The notes under the pieces are model-generated. The model was not told where the DNA came from. It searched no databases and saw nothing but the letters and a program-made list of their open reading frames with translations. Source: an uncultured Bacillales bacterium (lineage in GTDB: Bacteria > Bacillota_I > Bacilli_A > RF39 > UBA660). From it: a stretch of 64,000 bases of DNA. This document shows positions 27,049 to 37,545 of the stretch, piece by piece; position 1 is the first letter of the stretch, and every line of letters starts with the position of its first letter. The stretch is taken from contig CAMOSQ010000001.1 of NCBI GenBank assembly GCA_946624985.1, positions 76,733 through 140,732 on the forward strand. The letters run 5' to 3'. Both the position numbers and the translations under genes were made by a program.

Positions 27049-27942
27049 TATTTGAATTGATTTTAAATATTCTTTTGTATATCCGGTTGTTCTTGATATA
27101 ATATCAAGTGGGATATTTTCTTTTAATAATATACATGCTGTTTTTATTTTATTTTGTGTGATTCCCTGTTCAAGTCCTTGTTCAAGTCCTTGTTCATGGG
27201 CTTTTTTCTTAGCTGTTTTCAAGATTGCTCTTTGTAACTTTTCGTATGATTCTTGATCTGTCATAAAACTAAATATATTTTTTTCATTGTATTTTTTTAC
27301 CATATTTCCTATCTCCTTTACTATTTCATCATATTTTCCAAGTAGTTCTAGTTCTTCTTTATTACAATCAAATATTATTATATGGGCATGTTCTTTAATT
27401 AACTCCTTGTTACCAGTATACAATATTTTTTTATATTTTGCAACATCATATACTAAAAAATTAATATTATCTATAAATTTATTATTATAGTTTTCTCCTA
27501 GCAAACAATGATTATCATATTCGTAGTTTTCTTCAATGTTATTACAAATATTTATTTGTATACATCTTGGTTGCTCGTCATAATCTTGTCCATGTTTTAG
27601 TATGTTTGAATAAATATTTGATAGATATGCAAAATTTCTTTTTTTTACATTTATATCAAATATATTATTTACTTCTAAATCGATTATTTCGTTTTTTCTT
27701 TTAACAAGTAAATCTACAGTTTTTTTTCTAACGTGAACATTACTTGTTATTAATTCTTGCTTTAACAGTTCTATAATACTGTTTTCATTTATTTCTTTGT
27801 TATCAATTTTATTAATTATAGAATAATCATCAAATTTTTTTCTGAGAAATTTTTCCAATAACCAACTCATATATTTTTTATTTGAGAAAATTAATTTGAA
27901 CATAGAATCATTAGAAAGTTTTTTAAAATCATTTTTTGTCAT
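27040..27942 (-). CDS. PD-(D/E)XK nuclease family transposase-like protein (Rpn/YhgA-like), copy 1
   Basis: N-terminus KLSNDSMFKLIFSNKKYMSWLLEKFL, core TVDLLVKRKNEIIDLEVNN, and C-terminal EQGLEQGLEQGI repeats followed by a helix-turn-helix-like tail. TGA stop. Confidence 0.6.
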   Translation of the reverse strand: MTKNDFKKLSNDSMFKLIFSNKKYMSWLLEKFLRKKFDDYSIINKIDNKEINENSIIELLKQELITSNVHVRKKTVDLLVKRKNEIIDLEVNNIFDINVKKRNFAYLSNIYSNILKHGQDYDEQPRCIQINICNNIEENYEYDNHCLLGENYNNKFIDNINFLVYDVAKYKKILYTGNKELIKEHAHIIIFDCNKEELELLGKYDEIVKEIGNMVKKYNEKNIFSFMTDQESYEKLQRAILKTAKKKAHEQGLEQGLEQGITQNKIKTACILLKENIPLDIISRTTGYTKEYLKSIQIQK

Positions 27943-28048
27943 AAATTGCCTCCTAAAATATATGTTACTATGTAGAAATAAAAGTTCCTTAAATTTTACG
28001 TTTTTTATGTAAAGATTTATTGTTAGCCTTCATTTAATAGTGAATTTC

Positions 28049-28077
28049 TTGACTTTTTTTTTGTTTGGTGTTAGTAT
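28049..28077 (+). promoter_or_regulatory. Sigma-70-type promoter at the head of the 28-56 kb cluster
   Basis: TTGACT, a 17-nt T-rich spacer, then TG-n-TAGTAT. It is followed by the direct repeat ATAGGCAA x2 and the hairpin AATAGGCAA-GGTTT-TTGCCTATT (28085-28107). Confidence 0.5.
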
Positions 28078-28123
28078 ATAGGCAAATAGGCAAGGTTTTT
28101 GCCTATTAAAAGGGGAGATTTTA

Positions 28124-29317
28124 ATGAAAAAAGTTAAGAATTTAAGAGTTGCTGCGGCATTACAAGCAATATTGTTATCAGGGGCTACTTTGTCTGCTTT
28201 TGTTTCTTGTGCTGATGATGATATGGAAGTTGCTGATAATCCAGCTATTGTTTCTGAGATTGTAGATTTAGATAATACTTCTAAAGTAGAGAAAGTGACT
28301 ACTGTTCAGACTGATTATGTCGGTGAATTTAGTGATGAAGTTGAAGATGAATATGTTGATTCTGATGCAGTAATTGTTACTGATCTTAATGAGAATGAAA
28401 GTTCTGAGGAAAAAATTACTATGACTGTTAGTACAGCTTCTAATAGTGAGGATAAAGGTACTACTAAGAGTGAGAAAGGTACTAAAAAAACAAATAAAAG
28501 TACTTCTAAGTCTGGAGATGTGGCAGGTAAGAGTGGTGATGTAACAACTAAAGTTACTGATAAAAAACAAGGTGTAACAACTAAGACTACTGTTAAGGAA
28601 ACTAGTCCAGTTACTAAAAAGACTACTGTTAAGATAACTACAGTTACTAAACCAGTTACAACTAAGACTATTACTACTGAAGCTAAGACAGAGCCAAAGA
28701 CAGAACCTATTACTGAGCCTCCTGTTGTTACTGATGCTCCTAGATCTGATTATAGTATTAATGAAATTTGTTATGATGCAAATGCATTTAATTATTTTGC
28801 TGATAAATTATGTGTTGATTTAAAAACCACTGGTGATGGTAGTTATTATGATTTTGTCAATGGTTCTCCACTTTTTAAGGAATCTAAATATTTATTGGCT
28901 TTATTAAATGAGGGATATATTAATGAAGATGTTTTGATGACTGTTTTTGCTGATTTTTCTTCTTATGATATGGATAGATCGAATAGTTTCTTTGGTGATT
29001 ATTTGTTTCATCAAAGTACTATGTCGAATAAGGTTAAATTTGGTTTGTATTCTTGCGATGATTGCCAATATGGTCAATATATTGATCAAATCAATGATGC
29101 TTATTTGAATAATTACTTTGATCAATTTGCTACTGATCAACTTGTTGATGGTAATATTGAACAAAGATATCTTGATAGTACAGCTATAAGAGTTTATTTT
29201 GATTTATGCGATTATCATGATTTATATACTGAGGATACTGATTTCTTTTTTGAAACTTTCCCATATATGGATAAATTGGAATCGATTGTAAATGGAAGAA
29301 GCTATTCTCTTAATTAA
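28124..29317 (+). CDS. Lipoprotein with a Thr/Lys/Val-rich low-complexity linker
   Basis: Lipobox LSAFVSCADD. The linker reads TTKTTVKETSPVTKKTTVKITTVTKPVTTKTITTEAKTEPKTEPITEPP, followed by a C-terminal globular part with Cys. Confidence 0.6.
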   Translation: MKKVKNLRVAAALQAILLSGATLSAFVSCADDDMEVADNPAIVSEIVDLDNTSKVEKVTTVQTDYVGEFSDEVEDEYVDSDAVIVTDLNENESSEEKITMTVSTASNSEDKGTTKSEKGTKKTNKSTSKSGDVAGKSGDVTTKVTDKKQGVTTKTTVKETSPVTKKTTVKITTVTKPVTTKTITTEAKTEPKTEPITEPPVVTDAPRSDYSINEICYDANAFNYFADKLCVDLKTTGDGSYYDFVNGSPLFKESKYLLALLNEGYINEDVLMTVFADFSSYDMDRSNSFFGDYLFHQSTMSNKVKFGLYSCDDCQYGQYIDQINDAYLNNYFDQFATDQLVDGNIEQRYLDSTAIRVYFDLCDYHDLYTEDTDFFFETFPYMDKLESIVNGRSYSLN

Positions 29318-29321
29318 TGTT

Positions 29322-29349
29322 AAGACAACACAATTTGTGTTGTCTTTTT
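29322..29349 (+). terminator. Rho-independent terminator
   Basis: AAGACAACAC-AATTT-GTGTTGTCTT followed by TTT. Confidence 0.8.
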
Positions 29350-29425
29350 AATTATATAAAAATATTGTTTTTTTTATCTTTTTTTGTTATACTTTTATAT
29401 AGGATAAGGATATTTGGTGATTTAT

Positions 29426-31891
29426 ATGAAGAATATATATGTTAAAAGATTTTTAAATGTCTTATTATTTTTCTTTTTTTTGCTAGGATTTAGTATTGAT
29501 TATGTTTTTGCGGATCCTCAAATTATTATAGATGCTGGTGGCGGAGATTCTGCTTCCACTGCAGCTCCTCGTGCTGGAAATTGGGATACCAGTTTCCAAG
29601 GTTTTGGTGGATATAGAGTAACCTTAGTTGACAAGAATGGTAAAAGAGTATCGGGAACTAGGAGTGTTGATTTTTATAATCCTGGTAATGGTAATAATAT
29701 TTCAACTTATAGGTTAGTTTATGGTGATAAGTATTTATATAGGACTAGTGAAAGATCTAGTGTTCAAGATGCTAATTATGTATCTAAAGATGGTTTGGTT
29801 AGATATGGTTCTAGTTATATTCCTTTTGGAAAATGGCAAAGTACAGGATTATTCGCTGATGTTGAAGCGGATGAAAATTTTAGAGAACAGTATATAAAGA
29901 ATTATGAGAATAATAAAGTTTTTTGCCTTAATGGCGAAGAATGTAATGACAAGTTAGATTTTCTTTCTTTGTTTTTACATCTTTCTAATTATTTAAGTAG
30001 TAGTGATAATTTGTTTTATAATAATACTCAAAAAACAATTGAATTGTTGGATTATTCCATATTTATTGAACATTTATATAAAATAGGTGGTGTAAATGTT
30101 TATGGAACTGGTTTTGAAATGTATTACGACAGTGGTGATCCACTTACTGAAAAAATTAGAAATCAACAAGCACTTGAAAATTTTAGATTTGTATGTTCTT
30201 CTTATTCAAGAAGTGGTCCTTCTGAATTGTTTGAAAATTATCCTAGTGATTATCATGAGTGTTTAGAAAATGGAATGGCATATAATGGTAAAATTTATAT
30301 AGGTAATGCTGGAAACTGGGCAGATTTACCTGGTATTACTCTTTCTACAACTGCTCATGGTGATGTTTGGGATGTTTACAAGGGTAATGTTCAAAAATTT
30401 AAAGATGTTCAAGATAAAATTGCTGTTGGAGTTACTACTGTTATGATGAAAGATGTTGTTGAGCGTCCTCCTTTTGAATCAGAAATGAATTTGTGTAATA
30501 ACGGAATTGTCTCTTTTAAATCTAATTCTAATACTAAATCTAATGTAGAAGAAGGTGATGAGGTTTTCAAAAAAGAACTTTTTAAAACAAATAATAAAGT
30601 TGATGATTCTCAAGCATTGTATTGTTATGATATTGCCACATATAATTATTCTGATACTATTGAATCTTTGGGAGGGATAAAAGCTTTAAATACTAACATC
30701 GAACCTAAACCTATAACAGCTACAATTACTAGACGTTGTTATAATGTTAATGGTAGTGAAAAACTTGCTGATCAAATATCTAAAGATTATAATGAATCAA
30801 TATATATTCGAAATTTATATGGTAATGATTATGAATTTTCTTCTTCAAAATGTAGTGATATTAAAACTGTATCCCATAATGGTGTTTCAGTTGTATCATG
30901 CAAAATAAATTATAGTTTGTCTAATTCTATTACTCTATCTCGTTTTTCTATTAATAGAAATTTGCTTAATAAGGAAAATACGGCTTATATTGATTTTTCA
31001 AATTATAAGGAAAGATTTGGTGCTAGCAATAAATTAATTAACGAAATATTAAATAATGGTATTTCTCTTCCTTCAATTAATTTTTTTAGAGAAGATAAGT
31101 TTATAGAAATTGATGAATACAAGTATAGATTAACTAGCCCATCTTTATCAGGTGATTCTGGTAAATGCTCTTTTAATTATACTATTGAGGCTGATGAATC
31201 TATGCTGTCTTCTAATTCTAATTTTAAATTTAGAGTAATATCCCTAGATAATCCCTTTCCTGCAAGAGATGGAACTTTTAGAATGCCTGGTTTGAACTGG
31301 TTGTCATCAACTGATAATAATGTCTTTGAGTATATAACTAATAATAGAGGTATTAGGTATGTTACTAAATCAAATGATGTTAGTCCTGAGGAAATGTATA
31401 ATAAGGTTGAGCCTATGTATACGGTAACACTTACACCTTCTACTATGATTAAGATTAGAAATTATAATAAGAAGTATGCTTATGATTCTATGTATCAGTC
31501 TATGAGTGCGGATGTTACTTCTCATGGAGCTTATAAGCTTGAGTGTAATTATCACGATTTGGGAAATGGTGATATTGGAAATGGCAGAGAATGTTATAGT
31601 ACATTCTTAAGAAAATATATTAATGATAGTATGGGTGGAGTGTGTTATTTGTCTCCTAGTGAATTAAATAAGGATGTTACAGGTTATAAAAAAGATCTTT
31701 CACCTTTATTATATATTTTGAATAGTTCAAGTACTTCATATAGTATAGATTATGATTTGAATAAAAATAATAGAAATGATGCACTTGATTGGTATATTCT
31801 TCAACCAGAAAATCGAGGAAAAAATATTCAATATTATACTTGTGCAAATAAGACTTTCTTAAGTGGTGGTCCTATTGAGGGAGGTAGGTAG
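29426..31891 (+). CDS. Large secreted protein (822 aa) of unknown function, first gene of the Tad-like operon
   Basis: Signal peptide MKNIYVKRFLNVLLFFFFLLGFSIDYVFA. There are no further TM helices but many Cys. Its stop lies 2 nt before the first minor-pilin-like gene. Confidence 0.55.
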   Translation: MKNIYVKRFLNVLLFFFFLLGFSIDYVFADPQIIIDAGGGDSASTAAPRAGNWDTSFQGFGGYRVTLVDKNGKRVSGTRSVDFYNPGNGNNISTYRLVYGDKYLYRTSERSSVQDANYVSKDGLVRYGSSYIPFGKWQSTGLFADVEADENFREQYIKNYENNKVFCLNGEECNDKLDFLSLFLHLSNYLSSSDNLFYNNTQKTIELLDYSIFIEHLYKIGGVNVYGTGFEMYYDSGDPLTEKIRNQQALENFRFVCSSYSRSGPSELFENYPSDYHECLENGMAYNGKIYIGNAGNWADLPGITLSTTAHGDVWDVYKGNVQKFKDVQDKIAVGVTTVMMKDVVERPPFESEMNLCNNGIVSFKSNSNTKSNVEEGDEVFKKELFKTNNKVDDSQALYCYDIATYNYSDTIESLGGIKALNTNIEPKPITATITRRCYNVNGSEKLADQISKDYNESIYIRNLYGNDYEFSSSKCSDIKTVSHNGVSVVSCKINYSLSNSITLSRFSINRNLLNKENTAYIDFSNYKERFGASNKLINEILNNGISLPSINFFREDKFIEIDEYKYRLTSPSLSGDSGKCSFNYTIEADESMLSSNSNFKFRVISLDNPFPARDGTFRMPGLNWLSSTDNNVFEYITNNRGIRYVTKSNDVSPEEMYNKVEPMYTVTLTPSTMIKIRNYNKKYAYDSMYQSMSADVTSHGAYKLECNYHDLGNGDIGNGRECYSTFLRKYINDSMGGVCYLSPSELNKDVTGYKKDLSPLLYILNSSSTSYSIDYDLNKNNRNDALDWYILQPENRGKNIQYYTCANKTFLSGGPIEGGR

Positions 31892-31893
31892 AT

Positions 31894-32310
31894 ATGCATG
31901 AGTCGTTTTGGGGAACTTTTATAATTGGAGCAGGTGTAGTTATTATTGGTCTTATATTTTTTATGCAAAATGTTACTAATAATGAACAGGAATTGTATTC
32001 GATTTTAAAAGATACGACCGAGGCTGCAATGCTTGATGCTTTTGATTATGATTCTTATTATACTGATACACATGGTAATGGTAAGGTTATTAGAATAGAT
32101 AGAGAGGCTTTTGTTGAAAGTTTTGTTAGAAGATTTTCTCAAAATGCTTCTCTTACAAATACATATGTTATTGAATTTTATGATATTAATGAATATCCAC
32201 CTAAGGTGAGTATTAGAGTTAAATCAAAAACTGGTGGTGTTGTGATGAATCAAGAATTTGATTTTTCTAATTCTAGTCAAATTGATGCAATTCTTGAATC
32301 TGTTGAATAG
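31894..32310 (+). CDS. Minor pilin / TadE-like protein 1
   Basis: A short polar N-terminus is followed by a single hydrophobic helix (MHESFWGTFIIGAGVVIIGLIFF). Supported by position in the Tad-like operon. Confidence 0.4.
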   Translation: MHESFWGTFIIGAGVVIIGLIFFMQNVTNNEQELYSILKDTTEAAMLDAFDYDSYYTDTHGNGKVIRIDREAFVESFVRRFSQNASLTNTYVIEFYDINEYPPKVSIRVKSKTGGVVMNQEFDFSNSSQIDAILESVE

Positions 32311-32322
32311 CGAGGTGAAATA

Positions 32323-33132
32323 GTGAAAGAAAGTATTAGTTATTCATTTTTACTTAATATTATTATTTTATTTATCTTTGTTTGTGCTGCAATTGTAACT
32401 GGTATTTTTAGTTATTATCGGGCTTTTAAGGCTAATAATATTATTACTAGTGAAATTGAAAAGTATGAAGGTTATAATTGCGAATCAAAGAAAGCTATTG
32501 AAAGAAAATTGGGTGGAGTATCGTATAATGTTCCATTTAATGTAAAGTGTAAAAAAAGTGATGAGAATTGTATTACTGATGATGAAGAAAATGGTAATTA
32601 TGCAGTAGTTGCTTATAACCTTGATTATAAAAGTGGTACATATGCTTTTGATGATAACATGAATTCTAGTGTTTCTTCAGATGGATATACTAAGAGTTAT
32701 CAATATGGTGTTTATACTTATATGTATGTAGATCTACCTGTTGTTTCGAGTATTATTAGAATTCCTGTTTTTTCAAAAACAAAGGAATTGCATGAATTTA
32801 GAGATCTTGTCAGTGTGAAAAGTGTTTCTAATGCAGATTTTGTTATAGATGCTGGTATACTTCCATATTCTATTTCTTCTATGCTTGATTATGAAACTTA
32901 TGAAAAGGTTAAAGGTACTTTTTCTTTTCAACTTCAACAAAATCTTGCTGATAAAGTTGCTGGTAATCCATATAAATATGGAGCTAATCCTGATGAATAT
33001 GGAAATGGTAGGAAAGTATCTGATATTTTGGATCTAAGAGAAGCTTATAAATATTATGATGCATCTGGTCAAAATATTTTAACTGAAGGAAGACATGCAT
33101 GTGGAACAACCGTTGATTGGTCTGTTTTTTAG
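32323..33132 (+). CDS. Minor pilin / TadE-like protein 2
   Basis: VKESISYSFLLNIIILFIFVCAAIVTGIF, the same N-terminal architecture. Confidence 0.4.
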   Translation: MKESISYSFLLNIIILFIFVCAAIVTGIFSYYRAFKANNIITSEIEKYEGYNCESKKAIERKLGGVSYNVPFNVKCKKSDENCITDDEENGNYAVVAYNLDYKSGTYAFDDNMNSSVSSDGYTKSYQYGVYTYMYVDLPVVSSIIRIPVFSKTKELHEFRDLVSVKSVSNADFVIDAGILPYSISSMLDYETYEKVKGTFSFQLQQNLADKVAGNPYKYGANPDEYGNGRKVSDILDLREAYKYYDASGQNILTEGRHACGTTVDWSVF

Positions 33133-33141
33133 GAGGGGTAT

Positions 33142-33750
33142 ATGAAAGGTGCTATTGGTAATGCGTTTATTTTGAATATGGTTATTACTTTTATTATAAT
33201 TTTTTATATGCTTTTAATAGGTGCTGTTGCGTATAGTAAAGCTTATAAGGTCAATTCTTATTTAGTTAATTCGTTGGTTTCTTTTGATGAGAGATATGGT
33301 AGATATGACAATGGGGCTTACATATTAGATTCTGATGATGTATATTCTATATATGATAGTACTGTCTTTGATGTTGAAAACGATAAAAAAACTGGTGTTA
33401 AAAACACATATGTTGATAAGGTTAAGACTTGGGATCAGGCAGTTAATGATTATTTAGCTAGATCAGGTTATATTATAAATGGAACTGGTGCTGGTACCTG
33501 TGCAAAGGTTATTGATGATAAGTATCAGTTAATTAGAGATAATAAGAATGGATATGATTATTGCTTGTATATAAATGTTTTATATGATTCTAAAGCTGCT
33601 AGTATTGCTGGAAAAGCGGATGATCCTTATATAGATCAAAAGTATATGTATAAGGTTGTTTCATATATGAAGTTTGATTTTCCTATTGTTGGTAGTTTTA
33701 TGAAACTTCCAATTAAGAGTGAAACAAAAGTTATTACTAGATTTAAATAA
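33142..33750 (+). CDS. Minor pilin / TadE-like protein 3
   Basis: MKGAIGNAFILNMVITFIIIFYMLLIGAV, the same N-terminal architecture. Confidence 0.4.
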   Translation: MKGAIGNAFILNMVITFIIIFYMLLIGAVAYSKAYKVNSYLVNSLVSFDERYGRYDNGAYILDSDDVYSIYDSTVFDVENDKKTGVKNTYVDKVKTWDQAVNDYLARSGYIINGTGAGTCAKVIDDKYQLIRDNKNGYDYCLYINVLYDSKAASIAGKADDPYIDQKYMYKVVSYMKFDFPIVGSFMKLPIKSETKVITRFK

Positions 33751-33755
33751 TTGTC

Positions 33756-33784
33756 TTGCAAATTATTTATTTATAGTTTATAAT
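33756..33784 (+). promoter_or_regulatory. Internal sigma-70-type promoter upstream of the cpaB-like gene
   Basis: TTGCAA, a 17-nt spacer, then TATAAT. Confidence 0.55.
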
Positions 33785-33829
33785 GAGTATGATACGGTAG
33801 TGTATTTATAGAGTAGAAAGGGTGATTTT

Positions 33830-34633
33830 ATGAATTCAATTACTAGATTTTTTAAGAACAAAAATACTGTTACTGTTCTTGGTATAGTTGCGATTGTTGC
33901 TATGCTTTGGGGTGTTTATACCTATCAGATTAATAAACAGGTAAAGCCTAAAAGTGTACCTGTTGCTGCTGTAACTATTCAACCGAAGACTCAGATTACT
34001 GCAGATATGATTACTTATGTTGATGTTCCATCTGCATATATTTCTGATAATGCAATCACTGATAAGTCAAAAATTTTATCAATGTATTCAAATTTTAATA
34101 CTGTTATTCCTGCGGGAAGTATGTTTTATACTGATGCATTGACTACTGAAAAAGCTTTACCTAATTATTTGTTAAAACAATTAAAAGAAGGTGAATTTTT
34201 ACTTGCATATGATCTTTCTTCTGCAGAGGTTTCTTCTACTTGGGGAATAATGCCTGGAGATAAAATTGATTTATTTATGAGAGTTAATTCTGATGAAGGT
34301 TCTGTAATGCTTGGTAAATTTTTAGAGAATGTTGAAGTTTTGGATATTGTTGATGAAAATGGTAATAGTACTTATGATGTAAATGATGGATCTAGAGCTG
34401 CAAAATATTTGATATTTGCTGCACAAGAGGATATTTTCTTAATGTTAAAAAGAGCAAGTTATCTTGATGTTGAATTGATGCCTGTACAACATGGTGCATG
34501 GATTAATGATGATGATTTATCAATTACAATGACTACACAAGAATTAATTAATTATATTAGATCGCGTGTTGTGTCATTATCTACGGATCCAGTTGCTGGT
34601 CAAAATAGAAATACAATTCAACAAGTTCAATAG
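33830..34633 (+). CDS. cpaB: Flp pilus assembly protein CpaB/RcpC-like (SAF domain)
   Basis: N-terminal TM helix (VTVLGIVAIVAMLWGVY), then VPVAAVTIQPKTQITADMITYVDVP, typical of the CpaB SAF domain. Located immediately upstream of the ATPase. Confidence 0.6.
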   Translation: MNSITRFFKNKNTVTVLGIVAIVAMLWGVYTYQINKQVKPKSVPVAAVTIQPKTQITADMITYVDVPSAYISDNAITDKSKILSMYSNFNTVIPAGSMFYTDALTTEKALPNYLLKQLKEGEFLLAYDLSSAEVSSTWGIMPGDKIDLFMRVNSDEGSVMLGKFLENVEVLDIVDENGNSTYDVNDGSRAAKYLIFAAQEDIFLMLKRASYLDVELMPVQHGAWINDDDLSITMTTQELINYIRSRVVSLSTDPVAGQNRNTIQQVQ

Positions 34634-34641
34634 GTGATAAT

Positions 34642-35748
34642 ATGCATGAAAATATGTTTTCCCAAATAGATTTTGGTCCACTTTTAAAGTATTTACAAGA
34701 GGATGATATAACTGATATATCTTATAGTAATGGTGGTCAGATTTGGCTAAAAACATTGTCAAGGGGTATATTTCGTATTGAGGATCCTGAGATAAATAAT
34801 GATTTTATGGAAAAGTTAGCATTTCAGTGTTCAAATGTTATGGGTAAGTCTTTTAACTCTGCTCATCCATTATTGGACGCTGAAAGTGCTGAATTACGTT
34901 TTAATTTCGTTCACGATTCAGTAGCACGTAATGGTATTGCTGCTGTTTTGCGTAAAACTCCTGCAAAGATTAGATTGGAAAAAGAGAAGTTATTAAATGA
35001 AAAGTATGTTACATTAGAAGTCCATGATTTTTTACTTAAGTGTGTTGAAGCTCATTGTAATATAATTGTTTGTGGTGAAACTGGTAGTGGTAAGACTGAG
35101 TTTGTTAAGTATTTAGGAGCTCATATTAAGGAAAATGAAAAAATAATTACTATTGAGGATACTTTGGAACTTCACCTTGATAGAATTTTTCCTCATCGTG
35201 ATATTGTTGCTATGAAGACTAATAATATTGTTTCATATTCAGATGTTTTAGTTGCTTGTATGAGACAGAATCCTAAGTGGATATTGTTATCTGAGGTTCG
35301 TAGTGCTGAAGCTGTTATGGCTGTACGTAATTCAATTTCGTCTGGACACTATATTTTGTCTACTATACATGCTGATAAGGCTGAGTCTATTCCAAACCGT
35401 ATGTATAGTTTGCTTGAAACTAATCAGGCAATTGATCAATTTTTGAAGTCTATTTACAGATATGTACAGATTGGTGTTTACATTCGTGGTTATCAAAGTA
35501 AAGAAACAAAGAAATTTGTTCGTGAGATTGCTGGTGTTACTGAATTTTATGTTGATAAGGATAATAATGCGATTTTCAATAATATTTATTTAAAAGGTAT
35601 TGAAGGAAAAACTGTTAAGAATAATCCTTCTCAATATTTGCTTGATTATATGGCTGCTCAGGGGGTTATTTTACCACCTGATTGTATTGTTCCTGAAAGT
35701 GCAACAATTAAGGAACAGCAAAATGATGAGATTATTTTTGATGAATAA
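34642..35748 (+). CDS. tadA: CpaF/TadA-type (VirB11-superfamily) secretion ATPase
   Basis: Walker A GETGSGKTE, Asp box TIEDTLEL, Walker B RQNPKWILLSEVRSAEA, His box SGHYILSTIHA. Confidence 0.85.
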   Translation: MHENMFSQIDFGPLLKYLQEDDITDISYSNGGQIWLKTLSRGIFRIEDPEINNDFMEKLAFQCSNVMGKSFNSAHPLLDAESAELRFNFVHDSVARNGIAAVLRKTPAKIRLEKEKLLNEKYVTLEVHDFLLKCVEAHCNIIVCGETGSGKTEFVKYLGAHIKENEKIITIEDTLELHLDRIFPHRDIVAMKTNNIVSYSDVLVACMRQNPKWILLSEVRSAEAVMAVRNSISSGHYILSTIHADKAESIPNRMYSLLETNQAIDQFLKSIYRYVQIGVYIRGYQSKETKKFVREIAGVTEFYVDKDNNAIFNNIYLKGIEGKTVKNNPSQYLLDYMAAQGVILPPDCIVPESATIKEQQNDEIIFDE

Positions 35749-35757
35749 GGAGGTAAT

Positions 35758-36660
35758 ATGGAAACTTTAATGTTTGTATTTATAGCTTTTATAATTGTTT
35801 ATATTGTTCTTTATAGAAGACATACTGGCGAAAAGTTTTCTGCTTATGTTGTTGATCAGATTGGAACTTTATATGAGAAATATGCTCCTTATTCTTTTAA
35901 GGAAGTAAGAGGTAAGGTTAAAGAACTTGGTCAGGAATATACTACAAAGCAATATGCCTTACAGGTTGCTGTTTTAGGTTTTGGATTTGCTATTTTAGGA
36001 TATCTTTATTTTTACAATGTTATTGTTGCACTTGTTTATGGATTGATTGCTATTGGTTTTGTTCCATATCTTGCTTATTTACGTTGTAAGAGAATTTATA
36101 GTGAGTTTATATTTGAACAAATTCAAGTTTACACTACTAACGTTATAATGGAATTTGCTACTACTCAGGCTTTTGTTAAGTCTCTTGAAGGTGTTTATGC
36201 ATCTGGAGTTTTAGAGGATCCTGTAAAGAGTGATGTAAAAGTTATGATTGATATGTCATATGCTAATGGTACTATTGATGCTTCTATTGATTATATGAAT
36301 AGTAAGTATGATTATTTTATTGTTAGAAATATGCATCAAATATTTTTACAAATTACTAATGAAGGTTCAAGAGATGCTGGAGAGTCTTTGGAAAATATGA
36401 GCCAAGATATAGATATGCTTGTTGAGTCTGTTTATCGTGACAGAATTGATAGAGCTGCTTTTTATAAGAAATTTTTGCAGTTTGGTATTGTTTTATATCT
36501 TATGGTTATGCTTGTTCAATTTATATTGGGTGTTCCTACTTATATTGAAAACTTGAAGGAAATATATATGCAATTTTTACTTCATGGTGTTGTTGCCATT
36601 AATACTTTCTTTATAATTAGTGGTACTAAATTTTATAATGAGAATGTAGGTGCTGAATAA
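35758..36660 (+). CDS. TadB-like inner-membrane platform protein (T2SS-F-type)
   Basis: One N-terminal TM helix, a central TM pair and C-terminal TM helices. Sits directly after the ATPase. The assignment rests on topology and context. Confidence 0.5.
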   Translation: METLMFVFIAFIIVYIVLYRRHTGEKFSAYVVDQIGTLYEKYAPYSFKEVRGKVKELGQEYTTKQYALQVAVLGFGFAILGYLYFYNVIVALVYGLIAIGFVPYLAYLRCKRIYSEFIFEQIQVYTTNVIMEFATTQAFVKSLEGVYASGVLEDPVKSDVKVMIDMSYANGTIDASIDYMNSKYDYFIVRNMHQIFLQITNEGSRDAGESLENMSQDIDMLVESVYRDRIDRAAFYKKFLQFGIVLYLMVMLVQFILGVPTYIENLKEIYMQFLLHGVVAINTFFIISGTKFYNENVGAE

Positions 36661-37463
36661 TGGATATAACTTTAATTGTTTTTGCAGCAATTGCTGTAAT
36701 CATATTTTTTGTTACTATTGTTAATCACAAACTTGATCATAAAAAATTTATTAAGGAAATTACACCTTATTTTGGATTTTTAAAAGAGAAAGATTATGAT
36801 TATCTTCTTAAACTAAAGTATGGTGATGAGATTGATAGTACAAAAATGTTTAATAAGCGTATTAAGAATTCTGGATTAGCATTTTTAGTTGCATTTGTTG
36901 TTATTTTTTTAGCTAATTTTGGATATATATATTTAATTCTTTCTTTTATTATATTTTTTGTAGTATTTAAGTTAGATTATATGCAACTTAATAGTTTTAG
37001 GAAAGCTCATATGCATCAAATTGATTTATTGCTTCCTTATTATTTAAAAAGTTTGGAAATACTTGCACAGCATTATACTATTCCTGTTGCACTTAGAAAA
37101 TCTATAGAATCTGCTCCTTCTGTTTTTAAGAAAGGTCTTGAACATTTATGTGATCAAATTGAAGCGGGTGATTCTAGTGTTGAACCATATATGAATTTTG
37201 CTCGTGAATATCCTGTTCGTGATTCGATGAGAATGATGCGTTTATTATATCGTTTAAGTATTGGTTCTCAGGAAAGTAAACAAGAGCAATTATTGATGTT
37301 TTCTAGAACTATTTCTAATTTACAAGCAAAAGCTCGTGAACAAAAGTATAAAGAGCGTCTTGAAAATATGGAAAAGAGAACTCTTATAATGCTTGTATGT
37401 ACCGGTGGTGGTGTTATGGGTATTATGATGATTGCTATGATGGGTATGATGACTGCATATTAG
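36660..37463 (+). CDS. TadC-like inner-membrane platform protein
   Basis: Same topology class. The start overlaps the upstream stop (TAATG). The C-terminal TM helix is LIMLVCTGGGVMGIMMIAMMGMM. Confidence 0.5.
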   Translation: MDITLIVFAAIAVIIFFVTIVNHKLDHKKFIKEITPYFGFLKEKDYDYLLKLKYGDEIDSTKMFNKRIKNSGLAFLVAFVVIFLANFGYIYLILSFIIFFVVFKLDYMQLNSFRKAHMHQIDLLLPYYLKSLEILAQHYTIPVALRKSIESAPSVFKKGLEHLCDQIEAGDSSVEPYMNFAREYPVRDSMRMMRLLYRLSIGSQESKQEQLLMFSRTISNLQAKAREQKYKERLENMEKRTLIMLVCTGGGVMGIMMIAMMGMMTAY

Positions 37464-37493
37464 GATGACACTTTTGTGTTATCTTTTTTTTTT
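37464..37493 (+). terminator. Rho-independent terminator
   Basis: GATGACAC-TTTT-GTGTTATC followed by T10. Confidence 0.8.
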
Positions 37494-37545
37494 ATTTACT
37501 ATTTTTTTTAAATGTGTTAAAATTATATTAATGGGAGGCTAGTTT

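Noticed and set aside
27040-27942. Rpn-like genes as bona fide IS elements with terminal inverted repeats
   Set aside because: I could not find matching terminal inverted repeats or target duplications around either copy by eye. The flanks are a shared terminator on one side and promoter regions on the other. I report them as paralogous recombination-associated genes only.
28436-28740. Thr/Lys/Val-rich stretch as a DNA tandem repeat or contingency locus
   Set aside because: The repeats are degenerate at nucleotide level and in frame within a lipoprotein ORF. This looks like an ordinary low-complexity linker.
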